A stretch of DNA of 64,000 nt from Auanema rhodensis. Its lineage: Eukaryota; Animalia; Nematoda. Below the pieces are notes generated by a model, which saw only the letters and a program-made list of their open reading frames with translations, was not told the DNA's origin and searched no databases. The translations under genes and the position numbers were made by a program. Below are positions 56,601-64,000 of the stretch, piece after piece. The first letter of the stretch is position 1. Each line of letters starts with the position of its first letter. The stretch covers positions 20,646,001 through 20,710,000 of the forward strand of contig OZ059894.1 of assembly GCA_964057225.1 (NCBI GenBank), given 5' to 3'.

Positions 56601-59600
56601 GCGCAAATCTGATAACACAGATCGACGCAGCTTCAAAATCCGCATCGAATGCACTATACTACATTGAGAAACGCTCAATACAAAAATTAGTTATGATCGT
56701 TTGAAAAATGATGCATTAGTGTATGTTGAGTTTCCATGTACACTCAACATTGCTTCCAAAAACATTTTGACAAAACTTTTTTCGAAAAATTTCAAAATAA
56801 TTTAGCAAAAAGTAGATGTTTTTAGATTCCTTTTTTCAAGGCAAAGACGATGGACAATGTTATTCAACGAAAAAATTAATTCTTCAGGGTGAAAATCGAG
56901 GATAAAAGTGTGAACTTATATCAGTTGATATCTCGTTGCATTTTTAAGCTAGCGCGAATCTGATAACACAGATCGACGCAGCTTAAAAATCCGCATCGAA
57001 TGCACTATACTACATTGAGAAACGCTTAATACAAAAATTAGTTATGATCGTTTGAAAAATGATGCATTAGTGTATGTTGAGTTTCCATGTACACTCAACA
57101 TTGCTTCCAAAAACATTTTGACAAAAATTTTTTCGAAAAATTTCGAAATAATTTAGCAAAAAGTAGATGTTTTTAGATTCCATTTTTCAAGGCAAAGACG
57201 ATGGACAATGTTATTCAACGAAAAAATTAATTCTTCAGGGTGAAAATCGAGGATATAAGTGTGAACTTATATCAGTTGATATCTCGGTGCATTTTTAAGC
57301 TAGCGCAAATCTGATAACACAGATCGACGCAGCTTCAAAATCCGCATCGAATGCACTATACTACATTGAGAAACGCTCAATACAAAAATTAGTTATGATC
57401 GTTTGAAAAATGATGCATTAGTGTATGTTGAGTTTCCATGTACACTCAACATTGCTTCCAAAAACATTTTGACAAAAATTTTTTCGAGAAATTTCAAAAT
57501 AATTCAGCAAAAAGTAGATGTTTTTAGATTCCTTTTTTCAAGGCAAAGACGATGGACAATGTTATTCAACGAAAAAATTAATTCTTCAGGGTGAAAATCG
57601 AGGATATAAGTGTGAACTTATATCAGTTGATATCTCGGTGAATTTTTAAGCTAGCGCGAATCTGATAACACAGATCGACGCAGCTTAAAAATCCGCATCG
57701 AATGCACTATACTACATTGAGAAACGCTTAATACAAAAATTAGTTATGATCGTTTGAAAAATGATGCATTAGTGTATGTTGAGTTTCCATGTACACTCAA
57801 CATTGCTTCCAAAAACATTTTGACAAAAATTTTTTCGAAAAATTTCAAAATAATTTAGCAAAAAGTAGATGTTTTTAGATTCCTTTTTTCAAGGCAAAGA
57901 CGATGGACAATGTTATTCAACGAAAAAATTAATTCTTCAGGGTGAAAATCGAGGATAAAAGTGTGAACTTATATCAGTTGATATCTCGGTGCATTTTTAA
58001 GCTAGCGCAAATCTGATAACACAGATCGACGCAGCTTAAAAATCCGCATCGAATGCACTATACTACATTGAGAAACGCTTAAAACAAAAATTAGTTATGA
58101 TCGTTTGAAAAATGATGCATTAGTGTATGTTGAGTTTCCATGTACACTCAACATTGCTTCCAAAAACATTTTGACAAAAATTTTTTCGAAAAATTTCGAA
58201 ATAATTTAGCAAAAAGTAGATGTTTTTAGATTCCATTTTTCAAGGCAAAGACGATGGACAATGTTATTCAACGAAAAAATTAATTCTTCAGGGTGAAAAT
58301 CGAGGATATAAGTGTGAACTTATATCAGTTGATATCTCGGTGCATTTTTAAGCTAGCGCAAATCTGATAACACAGATCGACGCAGCTTCAAAATCCGCAT
58401 CGAATGCACTATACTACATTGAGAAACGCTCAATACAAAAATTAGTTATGATCGTTTGAAAAATGATGCATTAGTGTATGTTGAGTTTCCATGTACACTC
58501 AACATTGCTTCCAAAAACATTTTGACAAAAATTTTTTCGAGAAATTTCAAAATAATTCAGCAAAAAGTAGATGTTTTTAGATTCCTTTTTTCAAGGCAAA
58601 GACGATGGACAATGTTATTCAACGAAAAAATTAATTCTTCAGGGTGAAAATCGAGGATATAAGTGTGAACTTATATCAGTTGATATCTCGGTGAATTTTT
58701 AAGCTAGCGCGAATCTGATAACACAGATCGACGCAGCTTAAAAATCCGCATCGAATGCACTATACTACATTGAGAAACGCTTAATACAAAAATTAGTTAT
58801 GATCGTTTGAAAAATGATGCATTAGTGTATGTTGAGTTTCCATGTACACTCAACATTGCTTCCAAAAACATTTTGACAAAAATTTTTTCGAAAAATTTCA
58901 AAATAATTTAGCAAAAAGTAGATGTTTTTAGATTCCATTTTTCAAGGCAAAGACGATGGACAATGTTATTCAACGAAAAAATTAATTCTTCAGGGTGAAA
59001 ATCGAGGATATATGTGTGAACTTATATCAGTTGATATCTCGGTGCATTTTTAAGCTAGCGCAAATCTGATAACACAGAACGACGCAGCTTAAAAATTCGC
59101 ATCGAATGCACTATACTACATTGAAAAACGCTTAATACAAAAATTAGTTATGATCGTTTGAAAAATGATGCATTAGTGTATGTTGAGTTTCCATGTACAC
59201 TCAACATTGCTTCCAAAAACATTTTGACAAAAATTTTTTCGAAAAATTTCAAAATAATTTAGCAAAAAGTAGATGTTTTTAGATTCCATTTTTCAAGGCA
59301 AAGACGATGGACAATGTTATTCAACGAAAAAATTAATTCTTCAGGGTAAAAATCGAGGATATATGTGTGAACTTATATCAGTTGATATCTCGGTGCATTT
59401 TTAAGCTAGCGCAAATCTGATAACACAGATCGACGCAGCTTAAAAATCCGCATCGAATGCACTATACTACATTGAGAAACGCTTAATACAAAAATTAGTT
59501 ATGATCGTTTGAAAAATGATGCATTAGTGTATGTTGAGTTTCCATGTACACTCAACATTGCTTCCAAAAACATTTTGACAAAAATTTTTTCGAAAAATTT

Positions 59601-62600
59601 CAAAATAATTTAGCAAAAAGTAGATGTTTTTAGATTCCTTTTTTCAAGGCAAAGACGATGGACAATGTTATTCAACGAAAAAATTAATTCTTCAGGGTGA
59701 AAATCGAGGATAAAAGTGTGAACTTATATCAGTTGATATCTCGGTGCATTTTTAAGCTAGCGCAAATCTGATAACACAGATCGACGCAGCTTAAAAATCC
59801 GCATCGAATGCACTATACTACATTGAGAAACGCTTAATACAAAAATTAGTTATGATCGTTTGAAAAATGATGCATTAGTGTATGTTGAGTTTCCATGTAC
59901 ACTCAACATTGCTTCCAAAAACATTTTGACAAAAATTTTTTCGAAAAATTTCGAAATAATTTAGCAAAAAGTAGATGTTTTTAGATTCCATTTTTCAAGG
60001 CAAAGACGATGGACAATGTTATTCAACGAAAAAATTAATTCTTCAGGGTGAAAATCGAGGATATAAGTGTGAACTTATATCAATTGATATATCGGTGCAT
60101 TTTTAAGCTAGCGCAAATCTGATAACACAGATCGACGCAGCTTCAAAATCCGCATCGAATGCACTATACTACATTGAGAAACGCTTAATACAAAAATTAG
60201 TTATGATCGTTTGAAAAATGATGCATTAGTGTATGTTGAGTTTCCATGTACACTCAACATTGCTTCCAAAAACATTTTGACAAAAATTTTTTCGAAAAAT
60301 TTCAAAATAATTTAGCAAAAAGTAGATGTTTTTAGATTCCTTTTTTCAAGGCAAAGACGATGGACAATGTTATTCAACGAAAAAATTAATTCTTCAGGGT
60401 GAAAATCGAGGATATAAGTGTGAACTTATATCAGTTGATATCTCGGTGCATTTTTAAGCTAGCGCAAATCTGATAACACAGATCGACGCAGCTTAAAAAT
60501 CCGCATCGAATGCACTATACTACATTGAGAAACGCTTAATACAAAAATTAGTTATGATCGTTTGAAAAATGATGCATTAGTGTATGTTGAGTTTCCATGT
60601 ACACTCAACATTGCTTCCAAAAACATTTTGACAAAAATTTTTTCGAAAAATTTCAAAATAATTTAGCAAAAAGTAGATGTTTTTAGATTCCTTTTTTCAA
60701 GGCAAAGACGATGGACAATGTTATTCAACGAAAAAATTAATTCTTCAGGGTGAAAATCGAGGATAAAAGTGTGAACTTATATCAGTTGATATCTCGGTGC
60801 ATTTTTAAGCTAGCGCGAATCTGATAACACAGATCGACGCAGCTTAAAAATCCGCATCGAATGCACTATACTACATTGAGAAACGCTTAATACAAAAATT
60901 AGTTATGATCGTTTGAAAAATGATGCATTAGTGTATGTTGAGTTTCCATGTACACTCAACATTGCTTCCAAAAACATTTTGACAAAAATTTTTTCGAAAA
61001 ATTTCAAAATAATTTAGCAAAAAGTAGATGTTTTTAGATTCCATTTTTCAAGGCAAAGACGATGGACAATGTTATTCAACGAAAAAATTAATTCTTCAGG
61101 GTGAAAATCGAGGATATATGTGTGAACTTATATCAGTTGATATCTCGGTGCATTTTTAAGCTAGCGCAAATCTGATAACACAGAACGACGCAGCTTAAAA
61201 ATTCGCATCGAATGCACTATACTACATTGAAAAACGCTTAATACAAAAATTAGTTATGATCGTTTGAAAAATGATGCATTAGTGTATATTGAGTTTCCAT
61301 GTACACTCAACATTGCTTCCAAAAACATTTTGACAAAAATTTTTTCGAAAAATTTCAAAATAATTTAGCAAAAAGTAGATGTTTTTAGATTCCATTTTTC
61401 AAGGCAAAGACGATGGACAATGTTATTCAACGAAAAAATTAATTCTTCAGGGTAAAAATCGAGGATATAAGTGTGAACTTATATCAGTTGATATCTCGGT
61501 GCATTTTTAAGCTAGCGCAAATCTGATAACACAGATCGACGCAGCTTCAAAATCCGCATCGAATGCACTATACTACATTGAGAAACGCTCAATACAAAAA
61601 TTAGTTATGATCGTTTGAAAAATGATGCATTAGTGTATGTTGAGTTTCCATGTACACTCAACATTGCTTCCAAAAACATTTTGACAAAAATTTTTTCGAA
61701 AAATTTCAAAATAATTTAGCAAAAAGTAGATGTTTTTAGATTCCATTTTTCAAGGCAAAGACGATGGACAATGTTATTCAACGAAAAAATTAATTCTTTA
61801 GGGTAAAAATCGAGGATATAAGTGTGAACTTATATCAGTTGATATCTCGGTGCATTTTTAAGCTAGCGCAAATCTGATAACACAGATCGACGCAGCTTAA
61901 AAATCCGCATCGAATGCACTATACTACATTGAGAAACGCTTAATACAAAAATTAGTTATGATCGTTTGAAAAATGATGCATTAGTGTATGTTGAGTTTCC
62001 ATGTACACTCAACATTGCTTCCAAAAACATTTTGACAAAAATTTTTTCGAAAAATTTCGAAATAATTTAGCAAAAAGTAGATGTTTTCAGATTCCATTTT
62101 TCAAGGCAAAGACGATGGACAATGTTATTCAACGAAAAAATTAATTCTTCAGGGTGAAAATCGAGGATATAAGTGTGAACTTATATCAATTGATATATCG
62201 GTGCATTTTTAAGCTAGCGCAAATCTGATAACACAGATCGACGCAGCTTCAAAATCCGCATCGAATGCACTATACTACATTGAGAAACGCTTAATACAAA
62301 AATTAGTTATGATCGTTTGAAAAATGATGCATTAGTGTATGTTGAGTTTCCATGTACACTCAACATTGCTTCCAAAAACATTTTGACAAAAATTTTTTCG
62401 AAAAATTTCGAAATAATTTAGCAAAAAGTAGATGTTTTTAGATTCCATTTTTCAAGGCAAAGACGATGGACAATGTTATTCAACGAAAAAATTAATTCTT
62501 CAGGGTGAAAATCGAGGATATAAGTGTGAACTTATATCAATTGATATATCGGTGCATTTTTAAGCTAGCGCAAATCTGATAACACAGATCGACGCAGCTT

Positions 62601-64000
62601 CAAAATCCGCATCGAATGCACTATACTACATTGAGAAACGCTTAATACAAAAATTAGTTATGATCGTTTGAAAAATGATGCATTAGTGTATGTTGAGTTT
62701 CCATGTACACTCAACATTGCTTCCAAAAACATTTTGACAAAAATTTTTTCGAAAAATTTCAAAATAATTTAGCAAAAAGTAGATGTTTTTAGATTCCTTT
62801 TTTCAAGGCAAAGACGATGGACAATGTTATTCAACGAAAAAATTAATTCTTCAGGGTGAAAATCGAGGATATAAGTGTGAACTTATATCAGTTGATATCT
62901 CGGTGCATTTTTAAGCTAGCGCGAATCTGATAACACAGATCGACGCAGCTTAAAAATCCGCATCGAATGCACTATACTACATTGAGAAACGCTTAATACA
63001 AAAATTAGTTATGATCGTTTGAAAAATGATGCATTAGTGTATGTTGAGTTTCCATGTACACTCAACATTGCTTCCAAAAACATTTTGACAAAAATTTTTT
63101 CGAAAAATTTCAAAATAATTTAGCAAAAAGTAGATGTTTTTAGATTCCATTTTTCAAGGCAAAGACGATGGACAATGTTATCCAACGAAAAAATTAATTC
63201 TTCAGGGTGAAAATCGAGGATATAAGTGTGAACTTATATCAGTTGATATCTCGGTGCATTTTTAAGCTAGCGCAAATCTGATAACACAGATCGACGCAGC
63301 TTAAAAATCCGCATCGAATGCACTATACTACATTGAGAAACGCTTAATACAAAAATTAGTTATGATCGTTTGAAAAATGATGCATTAGTGTATGTTGAGT
63401 TTCCATGTACACTCAACATTGCTTCCAAAAACATTTTGACAAAAATTTTTTCGAAAAATTTCGAAATAATTTAGCAAAAAGTAGATGTTTTTAGATTTCA
63501 TTTTTCAAGGCAAAGACGATGGACAATGTTATTCAACGAAAAAATTAATTCTTCAGGGTGAAAATCGAGGATAAAAGTGTGAACTTATATCAGTTGATAT
63601 CTCGGTGCATTTTTAAGCTAGCGCGAATCTGATAACACAGATCGACGCAGCTTAAAAATCCGCATCGAATGCACTATACTACATTGAGAAACGCTTAATA
63701 CAAAAATTAGTTATGATCGTTTGAAAAATGATGCATTAGTGTATGTTGAGTTTCCATGTACACTCAACATTGCTTCCAAAAACATTTTGACAAAAATTTT
63801 TTCGAAAAATTTCAAAATAATTTAGCAAAAAGTAGATGTTTTTAGATTCCATTTTTCAAGGCAAAGACGATGGACAATGTTATTCAACGAAAAAATTAAT
63901 TCTTCAGGGTGAAAATCGAGGATATAAGTGTGAACTTATATCAGTTGATATCTCGGTGCATTTTTAAGCTAGCGCAAATCTGATAACACAGATCGACGCA

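Larger units (their letters stand above)
1..64000. repeat. 351-bp tandem satellite DNA array, about 182 head-to-tail copies, continuing beyond both window edges
   Basis: AACGAAAAAATTAATTC recurs at 1, 352, 703 and onward. ORF-track starts are spaced by exact multiples of 351 (351, 702, 1053, 3159), except 18088->21601 = 10x351+3, which three 1-bp insertions explain. No inversion or unique insert was seen. Confidence 0.99.

Noticed and set aside
5452-58647. 38 near-identical 63-aa ORFs as a multicopy gene family
   Set aside because: They are a by-product of the satellite: TTG start, no recognisable domain, and an in-frame TAG in about 80% of monomers.
5452-58647. Variant order as an information code or programmed cassette system
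   Set aside because: The patterns are adequately explained by tandem duplication, unequal exchange and conversion. No recombinase, expression site or boundary motif is present.
1-64000. CRISPR array
   Set aside because: No unique spacers; the entire 351-bp unit repeats, and there are no cas genes.
1-64000. Tandem 5S rRNA, tRNA, snRNA or spliced-leader gene array
   Set aside because: No recognisable 5S, cloverleaf, Pol III A/B box or SL motif by eye. A divergent ncRNA cannot be fully excluded without an Rfam search.
1-64000. Giant repeat protein, since 351 is divisible by 3 (117 codons)
   Set aside because: The six-frame track shows no frame open across monomers.
1-64000. Pure assembly or concatemer artefact
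   Set aside because: Position-restricted, linked SNP haplotypes and nested duplications fit real array evolution, although exact copy number still needs read support.

Overview
The whole 64-kb window is one uninterrupted head-to-tail tandem satellite array. The monomer is 351 bp and AT-rich (about 31% GC by hand count of one monomer), with about 182 copies, all in one orientation. The array runs off both ends of the window. I see no genes, RNA genes, transposase, CRISPR spacers or unique sequence. All 38 ORFs in the track are the same 63-codon TTG-started frame, open only in the monomer variant with CAG instead of TAG, so I do not call them genes. Copies typically differ by a few SNPs, and the only indels are three +1 A insertions near 19.3-21.1 kb. 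Diagnostic SNPs split the array into local domains with nascent, irregular higher-order repeats (2-, 3-, 8-, 9- and 11-mers). The monomer is rich in dyads: a 9-bp stem with a GNRA-type loop, a 67-nt imperfect hairpin, a second 9-bp hairpin and an A/T palindrome. It also keeps its CpGs. The best reading is eukaryotic, probably (peri)centromeric or heterochromatic, satellite DNA from a lineage with little CpG decay. I cannot name the organism or family, and the sequence alone does not demonstrate a new biological system. The leads worth testing are the monomer's folding potential and the array's recombination record.
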